Of a stretch of 31,086 bases of DNA, positions 20,892 to 29,519 are shown piece by piece; the stretch's first letter is position 1; every line of letters begins with the position of its first letter. The DNA comes from a virus (Duplodnaviria; Heunggongvirae; Uroviricota; Caudoviricetes): IMG/VR virus record IMGVR_UViG_2540341091_000008, one strand, 5' to 3'. Position numbers and translations under genes: made by a program. Under the pieces are notes generated by a model that saw only the letters and a list, made by a program, of their open reading frames with translations, had not been told where the DNA came from and ran no database searches.

Positions 20892-20984
20892 CAATGACCA
20901 CTCTTGGCACAAAGCGAACAACCACGCTAGCTCTACCTTGTGCCATGAAAATGTCAATGCATATCTGAACTAATGCCCTTTAAT

Positions 20985-21367
20985 CTAGTAACGTCTAAAA
21001 TACCTAACATTTCCCTGATAAAATGCCATAATGCGCTGCATAACTTCGCTCTTCCGGCACTCGCGACAGATTATGTTTAGACAACTATCGTAGCGACGTA
21101 TTTCTCCGTCAGGTAATGACCAGATAAGGTCCGGATCAACCGCAGATGGTTTTTTCAGCTTTGCCCTTGAGAGCTTTTTACGGGCATTTTGCCAGTCCTT
21201 ACGCGCCTGTTCAGACGGGAATAACCCGTAACCAGAGTTGTATACATCGCCACTGGCAACCAGCTCTCTGGCCAGAACGCTCATCAGATATCTTGTTGCC
21301 CCAGTTTTAGTTTCCAGTTGTCGTAACGTCTCGCGCCCACTCTGGCGTACGAGTTCAACAACCTGCC
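20985..21367 (-). pseudogene. 3' part of a roughly 140-aa HTH-like gene split by IS2
   Basis: Frame continues across the IS2 and target duplication from the 5' part at 22699..22746; reconstructed N-terminus MAKVFTQEEREKIKGQVVELVRQSGRETLRQLETKTG... Confidence 0.6.
21363..21367. repeat. IS2 target-site duplication (CTGCC), right copy
   Basis: Identical 5-mer immediately flanks both IS2 ends. Confidence 0.85.
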
Positions 21368-21378
21368 TGGATTTGCCC

Positions 21379-22284
21379 CTATATTTCCAGACATCTGTTA
21401 TCACTTAACCCATTACAAGCCCGCTGCCGCAGATATTCCCGTGGCGAGCGATAACCCAGCGCACTATGCGGATGCCATTCGTTATAATGCTCGAACGCCT
21501 CTGCAAGGTTCTTTGCTGCCGTTAACCCGTCTGGTTTGGGCATGATACTGATGTAGTCACGCTTTATCGTTTTCACGAAGCTCTCTGCTATTCCGTTACT
21601 CTCCGGACTCCGCACCGCCGTGTTCTTCGGTTCAAGTCCCAACATCCGGGCGAACTGGCGTGTTTCATTAGCCCGGTAGCATGAACCATTATCCGTCAGC
21701 CACTCCACTGGAGACGACGGAAGATCGTTGCCGAAGCGGCGTTCCACCGCTCCCAGCATGACGTCCTGTACTGTTTCACTGTTGAAGCCGCCGGTAGTGA
21801 CCGCCCAGTGCAGTGCCTCACGATCACAGCAGTCCAGCGCGAACGTGACACGCAGTCTCTCTCCGTTATCACAGCAGAACTCGAACCCGTCAGAGCACCA
21901 TCGCTGATTGCTTTCTTTCACGGCCACTCTGCCTGTATGTGCCCGTTTCGATGGCGGTACAGCAGGTTTTCGCTCAAGCAACAGCGCATTCTGGCGCATG
22001 ATCCGGTAAACACGTTTGGCATTGATCGCAGGCATACCATCAAGTTCTGCCTGTCTGCGAAGCAGCGCCCATACCCGACGATAACCATACGTGGGCAGCT
22101 CTCCGATAACATGGTGTATACGGAGAAGCACATCCGTATCATCAGTGTGACGACTGCGGCGGCCATCCATCCAGTCATCGGTTCGTCTGAGAATGACGTG
22201 CAACTGCGCACGCGACACCCGGAGACAACGGCTGACTAAGCTTACTCCCCATCCCCGGGCAATAAGGGCGCGTGCGCTATCCAC
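21379..22284 (-). CDS. insD: IS2 transposase OrfB (InsD), 301 aa
   Basis: Matches InsD as recalled; DDE integrase-like core. Confidence 0.95.
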
Positions 22285-22607
22285 TTTTTTGCCCGTCCAT
22301 ATTCAACGGCTTCTTTGAGGAGTTCATTTTCCATCGTTTTCTTGCCGAGCAGGCGCTGGAGTTCTTTAATCTGCTTCATGGCGGCAGCAAGTTCAGAGGC
22401 AGGAACAACCTGTTCTCCGGCGGCGACAGCAGTAAGACTTCCTTCCTGGTATTGCTTACGCCAGAGAAATAACTGGCTGGCTGCTACACCATGTTGCCGG
22501 GCAACGAGGGAGACCGTCATCCCCGGTTCAAAGCTCTGCTGAACAATTGCGATCTTTTCCTGTGTGGTACGCCGTCTGCGTTTCTCCGGCCCTAAGACAT
22601 CAATCAT
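22242..22607 (-). CDS. insC: IS2 OrfA (InsC), 121 aa
   Basis: [26 protein letters not shown]...; overlaps insD as expected for frameshift-produced OrfAB. Confidence 0.95.
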
Positions 22608-22698
22608 CTGTTCTCCAATGACTAGTCTAAAAACTAGTATTAAGACTATCACTTATTTAAGTGATACTGGTTGTCTGGAGATTCAGGGGGCCAGTCTA

Positions 22699-22703
22699 CT
22701 GCC
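22699..22703. repeat. IS2 target-site duplication (CTGCC), left copy
   Basis: Identical to 21363..21367. Confidence 0.85.
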
Positions 22704-22746
22704 CTTTAATTTTTTCCCGCTCTTCTTGTGTAAAAACTTTTGCCAC
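22699..22746 (-). pseudogene. 5' part (16 codons) of the IS2-split gene
   Basis: GTG start after CAGGAGGG; frame joins the 3' part once IS2 and one duplication copy are removed. Confidence 0.55.
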
Positions 22747-22786
22747 AAGCCCTCCTGAAAATTACCTCATGACCAGAAATTAACAC

Positions 22787-23857
22787 TTACCCCCTGAAGC
22801 CCGGCGGAATTTCGTTATCCGGTTCAGAAATATGATTCACACAACGCTGGTTGTTCGTGCCGCTTACCGGGAGCAACCAGGGGTTCTCAAAATTCCGGTC
22901 CGGTCCAAAAAACGTCGTCGCTCGCTGAACAAATTCCGTTCCCGTTTTCCCGGTAGCCACCAAGTATCTTGCGTAACGCCTCACGCCATCCAGCATGGCC
23001 TCTGGTGGCACCCCCTCGCGTAATCTGGCCTTCCAGGCACTGAAAGCGGATTTCTTCGGGTTTGCTCCGGCACGCAACGGGTACTCCCGCCAGACCTGTT
23101 CGAACACATCCGGATAATCCACTCGTCCCACAGACAGCCCGGTGTTTTCCGGGACTACCCGATCGGCTTCCCGCTGAATGGCGGAATCGGCTTCAGGCTG
23201 CTGCAGTTGGTGTGATTGTTCCGGCCTTTGGGTCATCACCTGCTGCACAGCGCCCGAATCGGCTTTCAGCGCATACGCTGAATCGGCTTCCGGTGTCGTG
23301 CCTGCTGGCTGACCAGGATTGACGGTCTGAACATCCCCTGCCTGGTTCGTGGCGTTTTTTACGCCATGGACCATAGTGTTTTGATCTTCTTGATCTGTAT
23401 CTTTATCTGTATCTTTATCTGTCGTGACTCGTCGTGACATGTGCGTGACATTTCGTGATGCGCCGTGACAATCGCCATTTTGTTCCCGCTTTCTTTCCCT
23501 CTCTCGCTGCGCCCTCTTGCGCTCTGCAGGAGATTTTGCGGTTTGCGAAATATTGCCGTTGTCCTCTTTAAGCACCTGGCGTTTTTCCCATCCAGTGATT
23601 AAATCACCATCAAGTACCCGCCCCTGCATCGTCTGCAAAATTGAATCAATTACCTCTTCTGTCACGTCGAGCGCACTTGCCAAATCTTCTGTCGTGACAT
23701 CAATGTGACCTCGCGTGACATTTCGTGACGCGCTCACCAGGAGGTGGATATACACTGCCATCACTGTTGCAATTGGCTGCCCTGACACCCTGGCAATTGT
23801 TCGCCACTTAGGGTCATTTGGCATGTCATGCCATAATCTGAGCCAGGCGTTAGCCAT
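22787..23857 (-). CDS. replication initiation protein (lambda O-like N-terminus, DnaT-like C-terminal domain), 356 aa
   Basis: ATG with GAGGTG SD; repeat-encoded linker (TDKDTDKDTD); C-terminal region resembles primosomal DnaT-like domains; lies downstream of the Cro-like gene. Confidence 0.75.
   Translation of the reverse strand: MANAWLRLWHDMPNDPKWRTIARVSGQPIATVMAVYIHLLVSASRNVTRGHIDVTTEDLASALDVTEEVIDSILQTMQGRVLDGDLITGWEKRQVLKEDNGNISQTAKSPAERKRAQRERERKREQNGDCHGASRNVTHMSRRVTTDKDTDKDTDQEDQNTMVHGVKNATNQAGDVQTVNPGQPAGTTPEADSAYALKADSGAVQQVMTQRPEQSHQLQQPEADSAIQREADRVVPENTGLSVGRVDYPDVFEQVWREYPLRAGANPKKSAFSAWKARLREGVPPEAMLDGVRRYARYLVATGKTGTEFVQRATTFFGPDRNFENPWLLPVSGTNNQRCVNHISEPDNEIPPGFRG
23423..23730. 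repeat. iteron-like array (candidate replication origin) inside the O-like gene
   Basis: About 10 copies of CGTGAC and variants in two clusters phased at roughly 10-bp intervals, including two near-identical 18-mers GCGTGACATTTCGTGA(T/C)G at 23443 and 23713. Confidence 0.45.
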
Positions 23858-23928
23858 ACTCACCTCTTCTGATACCGAATCTTTTTACTCACGAGTTGCC
23901 GGAAGCGATTCGATATGGCTATTATCAC

Positions 23929-24354
23929 TCAATGCACTGCCACAGCATTTCCTGCCGGGCCACCACGGTTCATCTGATTGAAACCGGCGATTGCCACTGC
24001 GACAAAATCATCAGCGTCTCTCACCAGTCGCTCCCGCGTCTCCACCAGCTCCCGAAAATAAGCTGAACTGTGGCTGCGCATTCTGGCCACCAGCAAAGGT
24101 GGCATTGCCTTTTCGATCGCTGGTAACAACGCCTGAATTTTTTCAACTGCATCAGGGGTGTCTTTCTCTACCCAGCGGAAAATTTTCTGGGTATTGCGAG
24201 CCAGGGCTTCCGGATGGCTGTCGTCATGCAGTTCTGGGAACGTCATACCCAGTTCAAAATAAGCCCTGGTTATTTCAGCTGCCGGAACTTTTTCACCGTC
24301 CGGATGCGCCCAGGCATTCATCGCCATGCGGATGTGTTCATGCTTGATTTTCAT
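23929..24354 (-). CDS. YdaT-like (CII-like position) prophage protein, 141 aa
   Basis: MKIKHEHI... N-terminus and position after the Cro-like gene; AGGAG SD. Confidence 0.65.
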   Translation of the reverse strand: MKIKHEHIRMAMNAWAHPDGEKVPAAEITRAYFELGMTFPELHDDSHPEALARNTQKIFRWVEKDTPDAVEKIQALLPAIEKAMPPLLVARMRSHSSAYFRELVETRERLVRDADDFVAVAIAGFNQMNRGGPAGNAVAVH

Positions 24355-24619
24355 GAATCAAGCTCCTAGAAAGTGGTTGTGTTAACGTTTTGGTATCTTC
24401 CAGCTCGGGCCAAATATTCATCCAATCAAAAGGCCTTAGTTGCTGACGTGTAACTTCACCATTACTGGCTCGCTCAATAAGGACACATAACGATGCCCCT
24501 AACACTTGACCTTTACTCAATGCCTTTCTTAGATAACCGATGCTGGTACCACACTCGCATGCAAACATACGCTGTTCATCTGACGAAAGAGAATTGAGAA
24601 ATATTCTTAATTCTTCCAT
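24338..24619 (-). CDS. Cro-like HTH regulator (YdaS family), 93 aa
   Basis: Divergent from the repressor gene; AAGGAG SD; HTH (CGTSIGYLRKALSKG). Confidence 0.7.
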   Translation of the reverse strand: MEELRIFLNSLSSDEQRMFACECGTSIGYLRKALSKGQVLGASLCVLIERASNGEVTRQQLRPFDWMNIWPELEDTKTLTQPLSRSLIHENQA

Positions 24620-24631
24620 AGCTACTCCTTA

Positions 24632-24690
24632 GTAAACACAGCAAAGAATACCTACAGGTAAACAAAAGTCAATACCCACAGGTTGTTTAC
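24632..24690. promoter_or_regulatory. immunity-region operators between the divergent repressor and Cro-like genes
   Basis: Three copies of GTAAACA-type half-sites, including inverted pair GGTAAACAA (24657) and TTGTTTACC (24682), plus direct repeat CC(T/C)ACAGGT. Confidence 0.5.
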
Positions 24691-24719
24691 CTTGCAGTAA
24701 TCGCATCTATTATTTACCT

Positions 24720-25139
24720 ATGGACAAATATGAATTTAGACGACAGCAACTCATCAAAATTCGTGATGAGAAATGCGATGGTAAAGCGGTTAACGTGGCC
24801 AGAAAGATCGGGCGCGAGCCTTCTTATGTATCAAGAATGTTGTACCCAGAGGGGAAAAAGGGAAAAAAACGGATCGCTGATGATATGGTGGAGATTATCG
24901 AAGAGTCCTTTGGGTTACCCCGGGGATGGATGGATGGTATCGTTTCATCATCAACGAACACAGCCTCCAGTTATGAAACAAGGGTTCTAACGCCACGACA
25001 ACGTATTTTTTTAGATCTCTTAGACGAACTGCCAGAAAGTGAAGCGGATAACTTATTAAAAACTCTTGAAGAGAAAAAACAGTATTACAATATGATCTAC
25101 GAAGAAATCCGTAAAAAGAAAGCACAAAACGCATCATAG
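24720..25139 (+). CDS. prophage repressor (DicA/CI-type HTH), 139 aa
   Basis: HTH (AVNVARKIGREPSYVSRML); divergent from the Cro-like gene; no SD before the ATG, compatible with leaderless translation as for lambda cI. Confidence 0.75.
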   Translation: MDKYEFRRQQLIKIRDEKCDGKAVNVARKIGREPSYVSRMLYPEGKKGKKRIADDMVEIIEESFGLPRGWMDGIVSSSTNTASSYETRVLTPRQRIFLDLLDELPESEADNLLKTLEEKKQYYNMIYEEIRKKKAQNAS

Positions 25140-25181
25140 CTCACCAAACAACTAGTCACCAGTTAAGACACCGCAAAAAGT

Positions 25182-25218
25182 TACCCATGGGTATTTACTT
25201 TTTAAATACCTATGGGTA
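25182..25218. promoter_or_regulatory. pair of 12-bp palindromic sites (TACCCATGGGTA and TACCTATGGGTA), candidate operators of the dicB-operon promoter
   Basis: Perfect and near-perfect palindromes 25 bp apart, overlapping a possible promoter (TTTACT, 17 bp, TATCCT). Confidence 0.4.
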
Positions 25219-25404
25219 TCCTTCTTTTCATACCAACTCACCCCGCTCCACAGAATGCAGGGCAATACTTCGAGTTACCAGGCAGTGGTCAGGGGTTAAG
25301 TAGCCAGCCCGAGGCGTAAGAACATGACGGCAGGGTACAACTTTAATAACTATGCAGCAGGTTTTTGTTCCGCTACCCCGGCGTTAAGGGGAAATGAGGT
25401 CAGC

Positions 25405-25560
25405 ATGGATACTATCGATCTTGGCAACAGTGAATCTCTGGTATGTGGCGTGTTCCCCAACCAGGACGGTACGTTCACCGCAATGACGTATACCAAAAGC
25501 AAAACGTTTAAAACCGAATCTGGAGCGCGTCGCTGGCTGGAAAGAAATTCAGGTGGGTGA
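25405..25560 (+). CDS. ydfA: YdfA-like small protein, 51 aa
   Basis: Internal ATG with GAGG SD; size and operon position match ydfA. Confidence 0.7.
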   Translation: MDTIDLGNSESLVCGVFPNQDGTFTAMTYTKSKTFKTESGARRWLERNSGG

Positions 25561-25561
25561 T

Positions 25562-25690
25562 ATGGATTTCGACACAATCATGGAAAAGGCTTACGAAGAA
25601 TACTTCGAAGGCCTTGCCGAAGGCGAAGAAGCTCACAGCTTCAACGAATTTAAACAGGCGCTTTCCAGTTCGGCAAAATCTAATGGCTGA
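25562..25690 (+). CDS. ydfB: YdfB-like small acidic protein, 42 aa
   Basis: ATG overlapping the ydfA stop with GGTGGG upstream; below ORF-track cutoff. Confidence 0.65.
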   Translation: MDFDTIMEKAYEEYFEGLAEGEEAHSFNEFKQALSSSAKSNG

Positions 25691-25719
25691 TAAGCGAAAC
25701 AGCACCGCGAGGAATCAGT

Positions 25720-25938
25720 ATGCAGAAACGAGAACCCGTCATCATCGCGCCAGACTATACCAATGATGAACTTTATGAGTGGATGCGCCAGAAAATTAAT
25801 GCAGCGCAGGATCTGAAATGGGCTAATGAAGTCAGGGCTAAGCAGGCTGAAAATCTGTCCTCTCTGGAGCAGGATATCACCAATCTGGAAAAAGCAGCGG
25901 CATTAACCATTGCCAGAATGATTACATACCCGCGTTAA
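25720..25938 (+). CDS. ydfC: YdfC-like protein, 72 aa
   Basis: AGGAA SD; size and position match ydfC. Confidence 0.7.
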   Translation: MQKREPVIIAPDYTNDELYEWMRQKINAAQDLKWANEVRAKQAENLSSLEQDITNLEKAAALTIARMITYPR

Positions 25939-26279
25939 TAGCTAACCAACGAAGCTAAGGTTGGTAATTAAGGAGTTCTCCACGGGTAAGGTGGAGTGCT
26001 TGCGCCGGACACGGGTGAGCATCCGGCACTGACAGTTTACTGAAAGGATATTTCCCTGAAAAGTCAGACCATAACGCGAAAGCGCACGGCGAGGTAGCTG
26101 GTTCATAGATAGCCTGTCGTTAAATTTTCGTCGACCGTGCGCTTCCGGTTGTGGCAATCCGCGAAATGGCGCGGCGGTAAGTATGGCGGGGTTATTCCTT
26201 CCCCCGTTGAGGACACCGGGTTGTCAGGTTGACCATACGCTTAAGTGACAACCCCGCTGCAACGCCCTCTGTTATCAAT

Positions 26280-26332
26280 TTTCTGGTGACGTTTGGCGGT
26301 ATCAGTTTTACTCCGTGACTGCTCTGCCGCCC
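26280..26332 (+). ncRNA. dicF: DicF small regulatory RNA (53 nt, U-tract to about 26337)
   Basis: UUUCUGGUGACGUUUGGCGGUAUCAGUUUUACUCCGUGACUGCUCUGCCGCCC matches DicF as recalled; ends in a GGCGG/CCGCC hairpin plus U-run, immediately upstream of dicB. Confidence 0.8.
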
Positions 26333-26342
26333 TTTTTAAAGT

Positions 26343-26488
26343 GAATTTTGTGATGCGGTGAATGCGGCTGAGCGCACGCGGAACAGTTAAAACCAAAAAC
26401 AGTGTTATGGGTGGATTCTCTGTATCCGGCGTTAATTGTTAACTGGTTAACGTCACCTGGAAGCACCAGGCACCGCATCACAAAATTC
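26343..26488 (+). repeat. 18-bp perfect inverted repeat (GAATTTTGTGATGCGGTG / CACCGCATCACAAAATTC) enclosing 110 nt between DicF and dicB
   Basis: Exact reverse complements at 26343..26360 and 26471..26488. Confidence 0.8.
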
Positions 26489-26506
26489 ATTGTTGAGGAC
26501 GCGATA

Positions 26507-26695
26507 ATGGAAACGTTATTACCAAACGTTAATACGTCTGAAGGTTGTTTTGAAATTGGTGTCACTATCAGTAACCCTGTATTTACTGAAGATGCCATTA
26601 ACAAGAGAAAACACGAACGGGAGCTATTAAATAAAATATGCATTCTTTCAATGTTGGCCCGTTTACGTCCGATACAAAAAGGATGCTGGCAATGA
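26507..26695 (+). CDS. dicB: cell-division inhibitor DicB, 62 aa
   Basis: METLLPNVNTSEGCFEIGVTISNPVFTEDAINKRK... matches DicB as recalled; GAGGA SD. Confidence 0.85.
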   Translation: METLLPNVNTSEGCFEIGVTISNPVFTEDAINKRKHERELLNKICILSMLARLRPIQKGCWQ

Positions 26696-26883
26696 ATACA
26701 GCATTTGCACTTGTTCTGACAGTTTTTCTTGTTTCCGGAGAGCCAGTTGATATTGCAGTCAGTGTTCACAGGACAATGCAGGAGTGTGTGACTGCAGCAA
26801 CCGAACAGAAAATTCCCGGTAACTGTTACCCGGTCGATAAAGTTATTCACCAGGATAATAACGAAATCCCGGCAGGTCTTTAA
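26692..26883 (+). CDS. ydfD: YdfD-like small membrane protein, 63 aa
   Basis: ATGA overlap with the dicB stop; N-terminal TM segment. Confidence 0.75.
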   Translation: MNTAFALVLTVFLVSGEPVDIAVSVHRTMQECVTAATEQKIPGNCYPVDKVIHQDNNEIPAGL

Positions 26884-26975
26884 AACAGTTCCGTAATAAA
26901 CATCCGATTTCATTCTTATATGCCAGCAATGGCAGGGATTTGTTCACCCTTAAATCTGTAATGAGGTAAAACAAA

Positions 26976-29447
26976 ATGAGTAAAGTCTTTATTTGCGCCG
27001 CCATTCCGGACGAACAGGCAATAAAGGAAGAAGGTGCCGTCGCTGTAGCCACTGCCATTGAAGCCGGTGATGAACGTCGCGCCCGCGCAAAATTTCACTG
27101 GCAATTCCTGGAACATTATCCGGCTGCTCAGGACTGCGCTTATAAATTTCTTGTTTGCGAGGATAAACCCGGTATACCCCGCCCTGCCCTCGATTCCTGG
27201 GATGCTGAATATATGCAGGAAAACCGCTGGGATGAGGCGTCTGCTTCCTTTGTCCCGGTCGAGACTGAATCCGATCCGATGAACGTCACTTTTGACAACC
27301 TAGCCCCTGAAGTACAGAACGCTGTCATGGTTAAGTTCCACACATGTGAAAACATCACTGTTGATATGGTGATTAGCGCACAGGAATTGTTGCAGGAAGA
27401 CATGGCAACATTCGACGGCCATATCGTTGAAGCGTTGATGAAAATGCCAGAAGTTAACGCTATGTATCCGGAGCTTAAGCTGCATGCCATCGGGTGGGTT
27501 AAGCATAAATGTAAGCCTGGTGCCAAATGGCCCGAAATTCAGGCAGAGATGCGCATCTGGAAAAAACGTCGCGAAGGTGAACGCAAGGAAGCCGGAAAAT
27601 ACACGTCTGTTGTTGATCTCGCCCGCGCCAGAACCAATCAACAGCACACTGAAAATTCAACAGGAAAAATCAACCCGGTCATTGCTGCCATTCATCGCGA
27701 ATACAAGCAGACATGGAAAATACTGGATGACGAACTGGCCTACGCTCTCTGGCCTGGTGATGTGGATGCCGGAAACATTGACGGCAGCATCCATCGCTGG
27801 GCAAAAAATGAAGTTATCGACAACGACCGCGAAGACTGGAAGCGTATCTCGGCATCAATGCGCAAACAGCCTGATGCCCTTCGCTACGACCGCCAGACTA
27901 TTTTTGGCCTTGTCCGTGAACGTCCGATCGACATTCACAAAGACCCTGTGGCACTGAACAAATACATTACTGAATACCTGACTACAAAGGGCGTGTTTGA
28001 AGATGAAGGAACAAATCAGAGCGCAACTGATACTCTCTCGTCGCCAGTACCAGAAACTGATGCAGTGGAAACGGCAATTCCGGACAACGAAAAAACCGAA
28101 TGCAAAGTGGAAGTCGAACCATCTGTAGAACGTGAGGGGCCGTTCTACTTCCTCTTCACCGACAAGGATGGCGAAAAATACGGTCGCGCAAACAAACTTT
28201 CTGGTCTGGATAAGGCGCTGTCTGCTGGGGCTACTGAAATCACGAAAGAAGAATATTTCGCCCGCAAAAACGGTACATACTCAGGTTCACAACAAAATAC
28301 TGGTGCATCTGACACGACCGCACAACCAGGGTCAGTAAAAGTTACCGCTGACGAAGTAAACAAAATTATGCAGGCAGCCAATATCAGCCAGCCTGACGCC
28401 GATGAACTGCTTGCAGTATCACGTGGTGAATTTGTTGAAGGGATTAGCGACCCGAATGATCCGAAATGGGTTAAGGGGATCCAGACCCGCGATTCTGTGA
28501 ACCAGAACCAGCAAGAAACGGAACAGAACGACCAGAAAGCGGAACAAAACAGCCCAAATACGCAACAAAACGAGCCAGAAACGAAACAACCTGAACCAGT
28601 AGTGCAACAGGAACCGGAAAAGATCTGCACCGCCTGCGGTCATAGCGGTGGCGGCAACTGCCCTGATTGTGGTGCGGTGATGGGTGACGCAACATACCAG
28701 GAAATATTCGATGGAGAGAATCAGCCTGAAGTTCAGGAAAATGATCCGGAGGAAATGGAAGGCACTGCGCATCAGCACAAGGAGAACACTGGCGGCAATC
28801 AGCATCATGCCAGCGATAGTGAAACTGGCGAGGCGTCAGATCCCTTAATTAAGGCGAACGGTCATCATAATCTCACATCCACCAGCAGAGCGGGGATTCA
28901 TCTGATGATCGACCTTGAAACCATGGGAAAAAATCCCGATGCCCCGATTATCTCAATAGGTGCAATATTTTTCGATCCGCAAACCGGAGATATGGGACCG
29001 GAATTTAGTAAGACTATCGATCTGGAAACTGCTGGCGGAGTCATTGATCGGGACACCATTAAATGGTGGCTTAAACAATCACGCGAAGCGCAATCTGCCA
29101 TTATGACCGATGAAATCCCGTTAGATGATGCACTGTTACAATTGCGGGAATTTATCGACGAAAACTCCGGTGAATTTTTTGTTCATGTCTGGGGAAATGG
29201 AGCCAACTTCGACAACACGATTTTGCGCCGTTCATACGAACGGCAGGGGATCCCCTGCCCGTGGCGTTACTACAACGATCGCGATGTACGCACAATCGTT
29301 GAGCTGGGGAAAGCCATAGACTTCGATGCCAGAACGGCTATTCCATTCGAAGGTGAGCGCCATAATGCACTTGATGACGCCCGTTACCAGGCAAAATACG
29401 TTTCAGCTATCTGGCAAAAACTGATCCCGAGTCAGGCTGATTCTTAA
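26976..29447 (+). CDS. ydfE: full-length YdfE-like protein, 823 aa, with C-terminal DEDDh (DnaQ-like) 3'-5' exonuclease domain
   Basis: GAGGT SD; C-terminal motifs IDLETMG (Exo I), WGNGANFDNTIL (Exo II), HNALDDARYQAKY (Exo III); internal CTACGH...CPDCG zinc-ribbon-like segment and Q/E-rich linker. Confidence 0.8.
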   Translation: MSKVFICAAIPDEQAIKEEGAVAVATAIEAGDERRARAKFHWQFLEHYPAAQDCAYKFLVCEDKPGIPRPALDSWDAEYMQENRWDEASASFVPVETESDPMNVTFDNLAPEVQNAVMVKFHTCENITVDMVISAQELLQEDMATFDGHIVEALMKMPEVNAMYPELKLHAIGWVKHKCKPGAKWPEIQAEMRIWKKRREGERKEAGKYTSVVDLARARTNQQHTENSTGKINPVIAAIHREYKQTWKILDDELAYALWPGDVDAGNIDGSIHRWAKNEVIDNDREDWKRISASMRKQPDALRYDRQTIFGLVRERPIDIHKDPVALNKYITEYLTTKGVFEDEGTNQSATDTLSSPVPETDAVETAIPDNEKTECKVEVEPSVEREGPFYFLFTDKDGEKYGRANKLSGLDKALSAGATEITKEEYFARKNGTYSGSQQNTGASDTTAQPGSVKVTADEVNKIMQAANISQPDADELLAVSRGEFVEGISDPNDPKWVKGIQTRDSVNQNQQETEQNDQKAEQNSPNTQQNEPETKQPEPVVQQEPEKICTACGHSGGGNCPDCGAVMGDATYQEIFDGENQPEVQENDPEEMEGTAHQHKENTGGNQHHASDSETGEASDPLIKANGHHNLTSTSRAGIHLMIDLETMGKNPDAPIISIGAIFFDPQTGDMGPEFSKTIDLETAGGVIDRDTIKWWLKQSREAQSAIMTDEIPLDDALLQLREFIDENSGEFFVHVWGNGANFDNTILRRSYERQGIPCPWRYYNDRDVRTIVELGKAIDFDARTAIPFEGERHNALDDARYQAKYVSAIWQKLIPSQADS

Positions 29448-29519
29448 TGTTCAACTGTCGCCGGTTGTGACTGGTATTCTGCAACCGGCGCTCGTCTGAT
29501 GTAAGAGATAAAGAAATCG

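Larger units (their letters stand above)
21368..22698 (-). mobile_element. complete IS2 insertion sequence (IS3 family), 1331 bp
   Basis: Ends match IS2 termini as recalled (TAGACTGGCCCCCTGAATCTCC... and ...GGGGCAAATCCA); contains insC and insD; length 1331 bp. Confidence 0.95.

Noticed and set aside
23390-23470. TCTGTATCTTTA tandem repeats, considered as a slipped-strand phase-variation tract
   Set aside because: Only two units, in frame and contiguous with the phased CGTGAC array; better explained as part of the iteron/linker region.
26308-26913. 201-aa Cys-rich minus-strand ORF spanning the DicF/dicB/ydfD region
   Set aside because: Antisense to well-supported features, low-complexity Cys/His-rich translation, no SD; judged a chance open frame.
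28145-28808. Minus-strand ORFs of 74-161 aa inside the YdfE-like gene
   Set aside because: Antisense shadow ORFs with low-complexity translations.
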